A stretch of DNA of 64,000 bases from Eledone cirrhosa (taxonomy: Eukaryota). Position 1 is the first letter of the stretch, and each line of letters opens with the position of its first letter. A model generated the notes under the pieces. The model saw nothing but the letters and a program-made list of their open reading frames with translations. It was not told the origin of the DNA and searched no databases. The DNA lies in the NCBI GenBank assembly GCA_964016885.1, contig OZ024743.1:308388001-308452000 (forward strand), written 5' to 3'. This document shows positions 1 through 12,363 of the stretch, one piece after another. The translations under genes were made by a program, and so were the position numbers.

Positions 1-245
1 TGGGCAAGACACTTTATTTCATGTTACTCCAGTTCCCTCAGCTGAAGAAATGAGTAGCGACGTCACTAGTGCCAAGCTGTATTGGCTGTGGCCTTTCCCT
101 TGGACAATATTGGTGGCATGGAGAGGGAAGGCTGGTATGCAAGGGTGAGTGCTGGTCTTTCACAAAAGCACATTGCCTGGGCTTGTGCGTCAGATGGGAA
201 GTTTCTAGGTGCAAATCTCATGGTCATTCATGAGCAAAGGGAGTA
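1..245 (+). mobile_element. tRNA-derived SINE (CORE-like family), 5' end cut by the window
   Basis: Matches the full copy at 16685-17015 (gcaagacactttatttcatgtt...ccagttcactcagctg...catggtcattcatga). Confidence 0.75.
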
Positions 246-261
246 TTTTTATATATTATTA

Positions 262-620
262 TTAGGGTTGGACGCCATGCTTTCTAGCATAGTTACGTCC
301 CTTTACAGTCTGAGTTCAAATCCCGCCGAGGTTAACTTTGCCTTTCATCCTTACAGGGTCAATAAAATAAAGCACCAGTAATGTACTGGGTAATTGCTGG
401 CCTTGTGCCTAAAGTAGAAAAATTATTATGTTAGAGCAGGGTGGTGGATTGGCAGTATCGGTAGAGGGTCGGACGCCATGCTTTGACGCATAGAGTTACG
501 GCCCTTGCCTTTCTGAGTTCAAATCCCGTCGAGGTTAACTTTGCCTTTCATCCTTATGGGGGTCGACAAAATAAAGTACTGGGATAATTGATGGCCTTGT
601 GCCAAAAGTAGAAACAATTA
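262..620 (+). mobile_element. Tandem dimer of a second tRNA-derived SINE (Deu/Nin-like central domain)
   Basis: Two units, each with B box gagttcaaatcc followed by gttaactttgcctttcatcctt..ggtc.ataaaataaagtac. The same dimer occurs inverted at 31861-32260. Confidence 0.75.
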
Positions 621-1422
621 TTAGAGCATCTGAAGGAGTTGAATGTGTTTATGTCAACGAAACTGTTTGATAATGCATAGATAAGTCAAACTGTTAACAA
701 ATATATATATGAGCTGAACAAAATATAAACTTGATAATATCCACCTCAATGACAGAGGATTGGTAATATGGAGTTTTTATACAAGACATGAACAGAAAAA
801 AAATTCAAAAAATAATAAAAATAAAGTTAAAAAATAACTTTCTAGAATTTGCCAAAAGTAACAAATTAAAAAAATCTTATATTACAACAAAACTCAAAAA
901 TCTATGATAATGATGTTCCGGATATTTTTTTATCTGTCACATTGAACACTAGAATCTCACAAAGAATATTTTTTTAATTTGTTGGTGACAGTGCAGGCAA
1001 TACTGTTGACGTTTCACTGCTACCATCATTACCAACGTTATTTTTCTAATTCAAGAAAGTGTTTAAATATAAGTTTGAAAGCAGAGGCAACAGAGAGGAA
1101 TTCAAGCTAGATCCTGTCAACAAAATCTCCATATGGTTTCAATACACAATACGTCTCTGATTTCCGAATAGCTAAATGTCAGCAGAAGGGCACCAAGGAG
1201 TCATGACCTGGATGCAGCCTGACCCCCTTAGAGTATAAGAAGTTAAGGGGTTTCTTCTCTGAAAACTTGCTGTCCAGCTCTCCACTAAAACAAAAATAAA
1301 GGGAGAGCAAATGTGCTAAAATGAGTTTTCTGTCAGTGGTGATGCCTTCCTTTCTCTCTTTATCTGTGTCTGTGTGGGTGAGTGTGAGTATTTCTTTTCT
1401 CCTTTTTTTTTTCTTCACACTG

Positions 1423-1608
1423 CTTCAGTCCATTCAGCTGGCAAAAATGAGTAGTACCTGTAATTCAAAGGGCCAGCCATGCCACGCATTCTGTCATGCA
1501 GAATTTTCCTGAGAACTACGTTAAGCTCAGCCACTTAGACACTCATTTCAGAAGCAGGCAGTTCTGTTGATTGAATGACTGGAGCACTCATCCGAAATGA
1601 CAGAGATC

Positions 1609-1612
<4 letters not shown>
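1423..1612 (+). mobile_element. SINE 3' fragment
   Basis: cagctggcaaaaatgagt..ctgtaattcaaagggccagc..cctgagaactac is shared with 15628-15940. Confidence 0.65.
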
Positions 1613-1614
<2 letters not shown>

Positions 1615-1666
<52 letters not shown>

Positions 1667-1690
1667 AACACATACACACATATATATATT
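1615..1690. repeat. (TA)n/(CA)n microsatellite
   Basis: Read directly from sequence. Confidence 0.95.
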
Positions 1691-2224
1691 ATAAAGAAGA
1701 GAAATGGTTTTAAATGTACATCCTCTATTATATAATCCTGTTGTACATTTAAATCCATTCCTCTTCTTTATAATACTGACACTCCATTTGATACCTTATT
1801 GATAATACTTTAAAGAACACAAGTCGTAGAGTGCTTTACATGTTTACACCTAAAGTCGGTAGATTATTTGATCAACCAACTTTTCTTTTCTTTACTTTAA
1901 TATATATATAAAATATATATATATAAAAAAATATATATATATATATAAAATATGTATATATAATATATATATAATATTCAAAACAGACAATTAGTTGTAG
2001 TAGTAGTAGTATGACAACAACAACAATAATATTGTCCAATGTATATCTATCTATTTGACAACTATGTGGTCTTTTACAGATAAAAATACAGCTAGCCCTA
2101 CTTCAAAGAGATTGAGAAGGAAATGACAAAGTTACAATAAAGTTAGCGTGGTTAACTAGAGAAATAAGCGAATAGATTGTAGGATTAAATCTCCTGTTAG
2201 TCAGGATTATAGTAAGAAAAAGTT

Positions 2225-2673
2225 TCAAATTGTTTGTCTGCAATTAAAAATTCGTTCTTGTTGAGTATTTACTAATTTTTTGCCAGTTATTATATGGTAA
2301 ACTTCAAGTGTACAAATATGACATACATATGTATCCTGTTGGTACTTACAGGCAAATCTCAGGATAGACTACAAAGTTTCGTACTTTTGGGGGGGTTCTA
2401 TTAACTCCAAAATTTTATCAGCTAAAGCAATTGAGTTTCTAAGTTTAGGGTTCTTAAATGAGTGTGTGTGTGTGTGTGTACACACCATCTTTTCCAGGAA
2501 AAGTTGGATGTAGCTCCTATATACCTGAATATTTGGTTATTCACTTTAATCTTGCACTGGTATACTATATTCTCACACATACACTTATTCTGCAGGGGGC
2601 ATTTGTCTGGTTTCCTTCTGTTGCAACTCAAATGTTTCCTGTGGATTAGTTCCTTATTATTACAATAGTTCAT
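2225..2673 (-). mobile_element. Penelope-like element fragment, GIY-YIG endonuclease (decayed)
   Basis: ORF 2422..2673 reads CPLQNKCMCENIVYQCKI..RYIGATS..WKRW (Cys-rich linker plus VY/YIG motifs). It is interrupted by a (CA)n tract, and a frameshifted continuation contains a CxxCxxE motif (CHICTLE). Confidence 0.75.
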
Positions 2674-4233
2674 AGAGTTGTTAGATAATCTGCCAGGCTG
2701 TGAGTGGAATTCTATATTATTTTTTGCACTTAAATCTCTTTCCCCTGCTTTTCACCCTCTTAAATTCCTCATTGTTCTTCCTTGTAATTTCTTCCTCTAC
2801 TTATGTCTTTTTGTATAAAATACTATCCTCCATTTATCTCACACACTCTATTCTTTCATGTGTTTCTTCTTCTCTTTCCTTTTCTTTTTCTTTATCACAT
2901 TTTTTCTTCTTTTCTTTTTTCTTTCCTTTTCTTTTAATTTTTGCTTGCCTTCTATATATCTCTATATGTGAAAAAGTTCTTATTCCACTCTGAAAATGTG
3001 TTGTGTCTACATATGATTTTTTATGTAGTTGGATTCAATTTAATTTGATTGAAAGAGTCAAATATTAGCGATCCTAGACTGATATGTAACACATACGAAG
3101 CAACACGTGTCAGTGTTATGCAATAAAAGTTATTCCCACTCTTCTGGAATGTGATGCTTTAAATAATAATTTTGTAAATTTCTATATATACTCCGTAAAT
3201 TGTTACACTTGGAACCTATAGTGGAACTACCACAGGATTTACCAAACAAAATAATTCGACCTGTAAGCGACTTCAGATTCTTGTTACATAATCAAATTAA
3301 TTGATTACACTATCTAATCTAATCTAATCTGGCCGAGTTTACACTCACAAATTAGAAGAACCAGGGCCGCCCCTAGGAGCATTGGATTTGGTGTACTTCA
3401 TATTTGTTTTCGTTGCTGCTTCTCCTGAGGGTCAATAGTTCTCTTCTAACTTGAGCGGGAGTGCATTTCCATTGTCAATTTGCATTGATCATCTGCAAAG
3501 CCACATTGTTCTCAGAACCACTACACCAGTCTTTTGATGCGTGCAGCTGGAACTACTGCCATCCATTGATTTGGCATGATTTTTTTTTTTAGATGGCTAT
3601 TGACTCTTATGAGTTCTTCCGCCCTTTGTCAAGTTTTGATTTTTGTCCTGCAGGGTGTCCAAAATCACCCTCCTCACCAAGTAAACTTGGTGGGGTTGCC
3701 GGTTTAGTTACCGACGACCCAGCCATGTGGCCATGCAATGGAAACTGAATAATACTATAATTCTCTGAATATATATAATATATAGTATATATATATATAC
3801 TATATGTATATGTATAATGAATCACTAGAGTTGATTTAGCTACGTTCCAGTCATCCATCCATACAAATCTGGCCAGGTATTTCAGCCACCACAACACATC
3901 TATTTTGTTATCCTCATTTTTTCCCTACCATGCTGACTCTGTCTCTGACTATTTTTCCATCAAAGGCTACAGGCCATGACTGGCTATTATTATTATTATT
4001 GTTGCTGTATTCTATCAGCTACTTTGCCATGCTGTATTCTATCCACTCTCTACCTCACAATTTCCCTCCCACCATCATAGCCTATTCGACCAATCAAACC
4101 TCAGCATGCCATTTCTTCTACTACTTTTACTACTACTACTACCTAACTCTCTCCTCCCCCGTCCCAGCCCAGCACACCCTGCCATTATTACCACCACCAC
4201 TGTTCTAGCCCTGAATTTTTCCTACCGGTATGG

Positions 4234-7200
4234 ATGGATGAGCTGAGAATAAATTGGAGCAACTCTGAATTAATAGATGAAATGAATATGAATCCGCGAG
4301 CTACCAAGCACCCATGTGAAGCTCCAATCCAGAGAGAGGAAGCACACACACACCCCTGCAAAAATCGACCCTTCCTTACGAGTGTCGACAAATGCCCAAA
4401 ACTCCGAGTTGGTACCATCAATGTAAGCACGATGAAAGGAAGAGCAGGAGAAATCGTAGAGATGCTAGAGCGAAAGGAAATTGATGTATGCTGTGTGCAA
4501 GAGACTAGATGGAGAGGAGAGTCTGCTAGAGTCCTTGTAGGAAAAAGTCGGTGCTACAGATTTTTCTGGGTGGGAAATGACGATGGGATGGGTGGTGTAG
4601 GTATACTACTAGCTGACAAGTGGGTAGATAAAGTAATCTCAGTGTACAGGGTAAATGCAAGAATCATTAAACTCAGACTAGTCCTGAATAAAACAATTAC
4701 CACAATAATATCAGCTTACGCACCCCAATCGGGGTTGCCAGACGAACTTAAGGATAGATTTTACGAGTCCCTAATGCACACTACTGCTCTAACAAACGAC
4801 AATGACTTCCTAATCATCGCAGGAGATTTTAACGGACACGTAGGTAAACACTGTGACGGCTTCAATGGAGGCCATGGGGTTGGCACAAGAAATGAAGAAG
4901 GATTCAGACTTCTAGAATTCTGCGACGCCAATGACATGTCGATATGTAACACAAACTTCAAAAAACCTGACAACCACCTGATCACCTATAGATCAGGGGA
5001 GCATTCTAGTCAGATAGATTTTATCCTCATCAGAGGACGTGACAGAAGGATGGTCGTAAACACAAAAGCCTTCCCTAGTGAGGAATGTACCTCCCAACAT
5101 AGCTTAGTTGTCTGCGACCTCACAGTCAGAACTAGACAAACCTGGAAACAGAGGCCAACCTGGAGAAGAAATATCTGGAAGCTGAAAGGCCCCTCAGCCA
5201 GTAACAGATTTAAAGATATTTTACTCAACGCCTATGACAGTAAAGAAGAACAGATAGAGACATTCAATGTAGAAGAGCACTGGGAGTTCCTAAAAAATAA
5301 CTTACTAGAGGCGACAGATGAGGTCTGTGGCTGGAGTAAGACCACAAGCAGGAGGAGAGTGACTTGGTGGTGGAACAATAAGGTAGATGAGGCAGTTAAG
5401 GCCAAGAGACAGGCATGGAAAGAATGGAAGAACGGGGGGAGCAGCGTACATTACATGGAGACGAAGAGGGAAGCTAGGCAACAAGTATACTTAGCTAGGA
5501 GGGAAGCAGAGGATAGAAAATTCAAGCATGTTTTGCAACATGAGGACCAGAAACAGGAGGTGTTCAAGATTGTGAGGCAGTGTGTCAGAGAGAATTGTGA
5601 TGTCATTGGAGAGAAGTGTATCTGGAATGATAAAGGTGAGCATGCCCTCACAAGTGCTGAGAAGAAAGATGCATGGAAGAGTCATTATGATAGATCACTA
5701 AATGAGGAGAATGCATGGGAAGAAGAGACCCTACCCCAAGTAGACCCTATAGAGGGGCCAGCAATACAAGTCAGCAGCAGCGTAGTAAGTAAGGCAATCA
5801 AAGATATGAAGATGGGGAAGGCAACCGGTCCATCGGGTATAGCTGCCGAGATGCTAAAGGCATCTGGGTCTGTAGGTCACACTATAACCACATGTATTGT
5901 TAACCAGGTAATACTAGGTGTCATACCAAAAGATTGGTGCAGTAGCATCATTGTCAACTGCTACAAGGGTAAAGGTGATGCACTCGATAGAAGAAACTAT
6001 AGAGGTATAAAGCTGATGGACCAGGTCATGAAAGTAACAGAAAGAGTTATAGCACAGTTGATTAGGGACCGGGTGAAACTAGATGAGATGCAATTTGGGT
6101 TTGTACCAGGAAGAGGCACCACTGATGCCCTCTTCCTTGTGAGGCAGTTACAGGAAAAGTACCTAGCTAAAAGTAAGCCACCCTACCTGGCATTCGTCGA
6201 TCTCGAGAAAGCCTTTGACAGAGTTCCACGTGCTGTAATCTGGTGGGTTCTTAGAAAACTAGGAGTAGATGAATGGCTTGTAAAAGCTGTACAAGCCATG
6301 TATAGGGGAGCAGTCAGCAAAGTTAGGATTAGCAATAAGTATAGCGAGGAATTTAGCGTACAGGTTGGGGTCCACTAGGGCTCTGTTCTTAGCCCTCTCC
6401 TGTTCATCATAGTCCTGCAGGCAATAACAGAGGAGTTTAAGACTGGATGCCCATGGGAACTCCTGTATGCTGATGACCTCGCACTTATAGCTGAATCTAT
6501 GGTAGAACTAGAGAAGAAATTCCAAACTTGGAAGCAGGGACTAGAAAGAAAGGGTCTCAAAGTCAACATGACAAAGACTAAGGTCCTTGTAAATAGACGA
6601 GAAAACAGAACCCAGATCCCGTCAGGGAAATAGCCTTGCTCAGTATGTAGGAAAGGTGTAGGTAGGAACTTCATTCTCTGCCCCAAATGCAAACAATGGG
6701 TACACAAGAGATGTAGTGGGATCTCAGGAAGCTTAACTAAGAATGTAGGCTTCATATGTAGCAGCTGTACTGGGACAGCAAGCAGCAAACAGCCACAGGA
6801 AACAAGTACCACCAAACTCTGGGAGAGCTCTGTAGAGACAGTAGACAGCTTCTGCTACCTAGGTGACCGAATTAGCAGCGGAGGTGGGTGTTCAGAATGT
6901 ACAATAACTAGGGTAAGAACGGGATGGAAGAAGTTCAGGGAACTGCTACCACTGCTAGCTGCAAAAGGCTTCTCCCTCAAAATGAAAGGCAGACTGTATG
7001 ATGCGTGTATCCGAACAGCAATGTTACATGGTAGTGAGACCTGGGCGCTGAAGGTGGAAGACTTACGTAAATTAGAGAGAAACGAAGCCTGCATGCTCCG
7101 ATGGATGTGTAATAGTAATATACGCGAACAACAAAGCATAAATGAATTGAGAGAGAGACTGAGCATAAGAGGAATATCAAATGCTGTGTGTAGGAGAGGC

Positions 7201-7433
7201 GGATGCGTTGGTATGGACATGTGATGCGTATGAAGGATGACAGCTGCATAAAAAGGTGCAGAGCACTAGAAGTCGATGGAAACCGCGGAGTGGGGAGACC
7301 CAAGATGACCTGGGATGAGGTGATAAAAGCCGACCGTACCCAATTACACCTCTCAAAGGCGATGAGACACGACCGTGACCTCTGGCGTCACACAGTAATA
7401 CAGAGTACCCGACCTCCCATGGGTACAAGCTGA
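4234..7433 (+). pseudogene. RTE ORF (APE-RT with inserted PHD-like finger), inactivated
   Basis: Reading frame continues past TAG stops at 6376 (CAG in the sister copy) and 6631 (TGG in the sister copy). A frameshift near 7177 precedes the RWYGHV..GRPK.TW terminus. Confidence 0.9.
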
Positions 7434-7737
7434 AGCATATAGACAATATGCCCCCACACCCTCCCACTGCAAGGTGGTCGTGGAGGTGCCATGGCAAAAA
7501 AGCACCCAGCCCACACTGTAAAGTGGACGTGTAGGCGCCACGAAAAAGCACCCAGCACTCACTGTAAATGAGGTTGGTGTTAGGAAGGGCATCCAGCTGT
7601 AGAAATCAAGCCAAATCAGTTCCTGTATGAGCAAGGCATGGTCAGCCGACCAGACACTGCCCACAACAGGACAACCCGTCTAACCCATGCTAGCGTGGAA
7701 GAACGGACGTAAAACGGTGATGATGATGATGATGATA
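4234..7737 (+). mobile_element. Near full-length RTE-clade LINE (APE endonuclease + RT) with 3' UTR and (GAT)n tail
   Basis: Single ORF with APE motifs (GTINV, CCVQETRW, AYAPQ, GDFNGHVG, SQIDFIL) and RT motifs (NYRGIKL, QFGFVPGR, FVDLEKAFDRV, QGSVLSP, LLYADDL). Tail gtgatgatgatgatgatgat at ~7717-7737. Confidence 0.95.
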
Positions 7738-7956
7738 TATGGCAGAGTAGATTTCTTAAACCCTTTAATAACTTTATAAGTGTTTCAATACATCTTATTC
7801 AACTAATGCGTATGTTATTTCAATTTAATTAAAAATAAAAAATATTGAGTATAACAAAGCATTATTAAATATTCTACATCTTCAGAAGCTCTATGAATGA
7901 TTATACAATGACCAAGGATTCAGTAAGTCCAAAAGAAATGTACCTTCAGAGATATA

Positions 7957-9925
7957 TCATCATCATCACAATTTTACGTCCGTTCTTCCACGCTAGCATG
8001 GATTAGACGGGTTGTCCTGTTGTGGGCAGTGTCCGGTCGGCTGACCTTGTCTTGCTCATACGGGAACTGATTCTGACTTGATTTATACAGCTGGATGCCC
8101 TTCCTAACACCAAACTCATTTACAGTGAGTGCTGGGTGCTTTTTTCCCGTGGCGCCTACACGTCCATTTTACAGTGGGCTGGGTGCTTCTTTGCCGTGGC
8201 ACCTCCACGACCACTTTGCAGTGGGGGGTGGGGGGGGGGGGGGGGGCATATTGTCTATATGCTTCAGCTTTGGCTTGTACTCGTGGGAGGTCGGGTACTC
8301 TGTATTACTGTGTGATGCCAGAGGTCATGGTCGTGTGTCATCGCCTTTGAGAGGTGTAATTGGGTAAGGTCGGCTTTTATCACCTCATCCCAGGTCTTCT
8401 TGGATCTCCCTACTCTGCGGTTTCCATCGACTTCTACTGCTCTGCACCTTTTTATGCAGCTGTCATCCTTCTTATGCATCACATGTCCATACCAACGCAA
8501 CCGCCTCTTCTGCACACAGCATTTAATTCCTCTTATGCTCAGTCTCTCTCTCAATTCATTTATGCTTTGCCATTTGCGTATATTACTATTACACATCCAT
8601 CGGAGCATGCAGGCTTCGTTTCTTTCTAATCTACGCAAGTCTTCTACAGACAACGCCCAGGTCTCACTACACGCATCATACAGTCTGCTTTTTCATTTTG
8701 AGGGAAAAGCCTTTTGCAGCTAGCAGGGGCAGTAGCTCCCTGAACTTCTTCCATCCCATTCTTACCCTAGTTATTGTACTTTCCGAACACCCACCTCCGC
8801 TGCTAATTCAGTCACCTAGTTAGCAGAAGCTGTCTACTGTTTCTACAGAGCCCTCCCAGAGATTGGTGGTACTTGTTTCCTGTGGCTGTTTGCTGCTTGC
8901 TGTCCCAGCACAGCTGCTACATGTGAAGCCTACATTCTTAGTTAAGCTTCCTGAGATCCTGCTACATCTCTTGTGTACCCATTGTTTGCATTTGGGGCAG
9001 AGAATGGAGTTCCTACCTACACCTTTCCTACATACTGAGCAAGGCCATTTCCCTGACGGGATCTGGGTTCTGTTTTCTCGTCTATTTACAAGGACCTTAG
9101 TCTTTGTCATGTTGACTTTGAGACCCTTTCTTTCTAGTCCCTGCTTCCGAGTTTGGAATTTCTTCTCTAGTTCTACCATAGATTCAGCTATAAGTGCAAG
9201 GTCATCTGCATACAGGAGTTCCCATGGGTATCCGGTCTTAAACTCCTCCGTTATTGCCTGCAGGACTATGATGAACAGGAGAGGGCTAAGAACAGAGCCC
9301 TGGTGGACACCGACCTGTACGCTAAATTCCTCGCTATACTCACCCGGTCCCTAATCAACTGTGCTATAACTCTTTCTGTTACTTTCATGACCTGGTCCAT
9401 CAGATTTATACCTCTATAGTTTCCTCTATCTATAGTGCATCACATTTACCTTTGTAGCAGTTGACAATGATGCTACTGCACCAATCCTTTGGTATGACAC
9501 CTTCTAGTATTACCTGGTTAACAATACGTGTGGTTATGGTGTGACCTACCGATCCAGATGCCTTCAACATCTCAGCAGCTATGCCCGATGGACCGGTTGC
9601 CTTCCTCGTCATCAAATCTTTGATTGCCTTACTACACTGCTGCTGACTTGTACTGCTTGCCCATCTATAGGGTCTACTTGGGGTAGAGTCTCTTCTTCCC
9701 ATGCATACTCCTCATTTAGTAATCTATCATAATGGCTCTTCCACGCATCTTTCTTCTCAGCACTTGTGAGGGCAAGCTCACCTTTATCATTCCGGATACA
9801 CTTCTCTCCAATGACATTACAATTCTCTCTGACACACTGCCTCACAATCTTGAATACCTCCTGTTTCTGGTCCTCACGTTGCAAAACATGCTTGAATTTT
9901 CTATCCTCTGCTTCCCTCCTAGCTA
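7957..9925 (-). mobile_element. 5'-truncated inverted copy of the same RTE family, with an internal deletion
   Basis: Reverse complement aligns to 5492-7737. The junction at 9340/9341 skips ~6077-6338 of the first copy. (ATC)n tail at 7957. Confidence 0.95.
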
Positions 9926-10743
9926 TATATTTATATATATTCTAAAAAATGTACATACGTCTTGACTTCTGGTAATGCATGCATCACATGAACCGAAATG
10001 AATTGAAATCAGTTAAAAATTTGGATAAACATGCATAGAAGCAAACTTCCTTTACAAATGCATGCCTGTGTGTCTGTTCAGCTATCTATCTAACACTGTG
10101 CACTCCTGTCTGTCTATATACCTAGCTAATCCATTAATATGACTATCTGTGTCTACCTACTCTTCCTTAATTATTTATTATGCAATAAAGAGAAACATTT
10201 GCAGCTATTAATGAAAGCAAATGTCATCATAAAAAAAAAGAACCATAAAAAAATGCACAAAAAATATATTGAACCCACACACAAACATTCTCAATTGTGT
10301 GAGCACATACACAAACACAGCAAACAATATACATCCTACGCATATTTTTTCAAAATCAGCTGATTTATTGTTGATTTTTGTTTTATCATCATCATCGTTT
10401 TATGTTTGTTTTTCCATACTTGCATGGGTTGGATAGGGTTTTTTTAAACAAAGCGGAAAAACAAAAACTATGAAGCATCCTTCTTAACCACACAACCATG
10501 TTTGCCACTATATTAACCTTTTAGCATTTGCATTAGCACTCTGAAACGGTGCTATTTACTTACCCCAAAAGGATGAAAACAAAGTAAACTTCCGCAGGAT
10601 TCAGCCTTTCTTATGTCTCTTATATAAAATTATGTCGGAAGATTTTAATTTAAATCGGAACCCTTTAAAATGGGTGGTTTTATTTCATAGAACCAAAGCC
10701 AACTGGTATCAGAAGAGGGCAGTACAAATATCAAAGTCTTTAA

Positions 10744-10972
10744 CCCTTTAGCATTTACACTATTCTATATATACTATTGTATTTTTGTGGTAAAGGCTTT
10801 ATCTTACATAATTATCTCAATATCAAATCTACGAGATTTTGATATTATTTATTTTGAGAACTATACTTTAATGTATAGAACTATACCTTAATGAGCAGCC
10901 AGTTATGGCCAGTTTGAACAGAAAGAGGTGAGAGAATTCTGGCCAGATACAGCCAGTTTAAATCCTAAAAGG
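10744..10972 (-). mobile_element. piggyBac-like MITE family A
   Basis: TTAA|CCCTTTAGCATTTA ... TAAATCCTAAAAGG|TTAA; opposite orientation to the copies at 23578 and 36253. Confidence 0.8.
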
Positions 10973-11254
10973 TTAATCCATCATTAACAATTCTATCATT
11001 GCTGGCAAGATTAGAAGAAATAACCAAGAATATAATCATATTTGAAATATCAACTGAATATTTCAAAGAATTAACATTGAATTCTCTATTGCATCAATGT
11101 ATTGGTGCAAACAGGATTGCTGGTAAATGAAGTGAGAAGAAAAACTAAAATAAAACAGAAGAGTAGCATCAGACAAGCAATTTATATGCTTGAAATCAGC
11201 CCTGGTTCTACAATACATAGCTGTTTGTTTTAAAAGTGTTTATATTTTTCTAAA

Positions 11255-11410
11255 AGGCAGCGAATTGGCAGAGTTGCTAAGACGTCAGATAGAATGCTTT
11301 ATGGTATTCGTCCCATCTTGCGCGCTCTGAGTTCAAATCCTGCTGGGGTCAACTTTGCCTTTCATCCTTTCGAGGTCGATAAAAAAAGTACCTGTCCAGT
11401 ATTGGGGTTG
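11255..11410 (+). mobile_element. SINE (Deu/Nin-like family)
   Basis: gagttcaaatcc..gtcaactttgcctttcatcctttcgaggtcgataaaaaaagtacc. Confidence 0.7.
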
Positions 11411-11442
11411 ATTCTTCCTCTATAGAAAAAAATCAGCTTTCT

Positions 11443-11945
11443 TCAGACCTGGAGAGGGTTGGGCACCACTGGGTTTAAAAGTGACCTAGACACACCATGT
11501 GACAGTGCCTCAACGACTCCACAAGGAGTTATGGGATCTTTATCCTTTATATTTATATAAAAAAAAATAACCTTCCATCTTAATTTTATGAAAGAACCTT
11601 TGTTAAGTTATGTTCCAAACACCAGCTTAATAATGAGAAAGTTTGTTATATTGCAATATTTCCCCAAATTCTTAGAGTTCTTGAAGCATGGAACAAACTA
11701 CCTGTATCAGTTGTTAGCTGTCGGGACACTGCATCCTTCAAAACTTCCATGCTTCCCATAATTCACCAACACTACACCTGATATGCCCCCTCCATACATA
11801 CACACGCATGTGTGTGTGTGTGTGTCCCTGTGTGTATATCATGACTCATCCACTGTTCAATTTCCTGACATTTGTACATTATTCTTTTTATTATACTTGC
11901 ACCTTTGATGAGATGTAGTGCACCTGAGCAATGTACACATTAATT
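11443..11945 (+). repeat. Composite segment (~110 bp with no other match in the window + MITE part + CR1 3' end), duplicated in inverted orientation at 26790-27298
   Basis: ttcagacctggagagggttggg..ccacaaggagttatgggatctttatcc.. matches the reverse complement of 27180-27298 and continues through the CR1 tail. Confidence 0.85.
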
Positions 11946-12109
11946 TTCATTATCATATCAAAATGATTTGAAAACCAGAGGCAGAATCTTTCATTAGAAG
12001 GGTTAATTATCAACAAAATTTTGATCCAGGTAGAAGGAAAAAACAAATGAACAAAACTGACTCCTGAATTACTCCCTAAATCTCACAGAAAAAAAAATAT
12101 AAGCTTTAA

Positions 12110-12363
12110 CCTTTCTGAAACCATGTTTCTAATGAAATACACAGCCTATGTGTTTCAAATAACTTTGAAAATAATGAGGAATTTGGAAGGATTTAGAAAT
12201 ATATTTTACTTTCTCATTATTAAACTGATGTTTGGAACATTACTTAAAAGGTTTGTACATAAAACCATGGTGGAAGGTTTTAATATAAGTATGAACACTT
12301 TAAAACAAACTGTTCTGTATCGTAAAAATAGGAGCAGTTTCAGATGGTATGGTATCAAAAGGG
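12110..12363 (-). mobile_element. piggyBac-like MITE family B
   Basis: TTAA|CCTTTC ... AAAAGGG|TTAA; internal sequence shared with 18105-18574 and 37190-37690. Confidence 0.7.

Noticed and set aside
974-1045. Possible terminal exon on the minus strand (KNNVGNDGSSETSTVLPALSPTN*)
   Set aside because: Weak acceptor, phase 0 does not match the phase 1 LDLa donor, and there is no recognisable domain or TM segment.
2700-2993. Hydrophobic 97-aa ORF (also 1321-1512, 3930-4208, 19350-19650)
   Set aside because: Translations of T-rich low-complexity or microsatellite DNA.
6375-6815. Antisense ORFs over RTE copies (also 8863-9354, 20509-21072, 21692-22108)
   Set aside because: Shadow frames of the RT coding strand; their recurrence simply reflects the repeated element.
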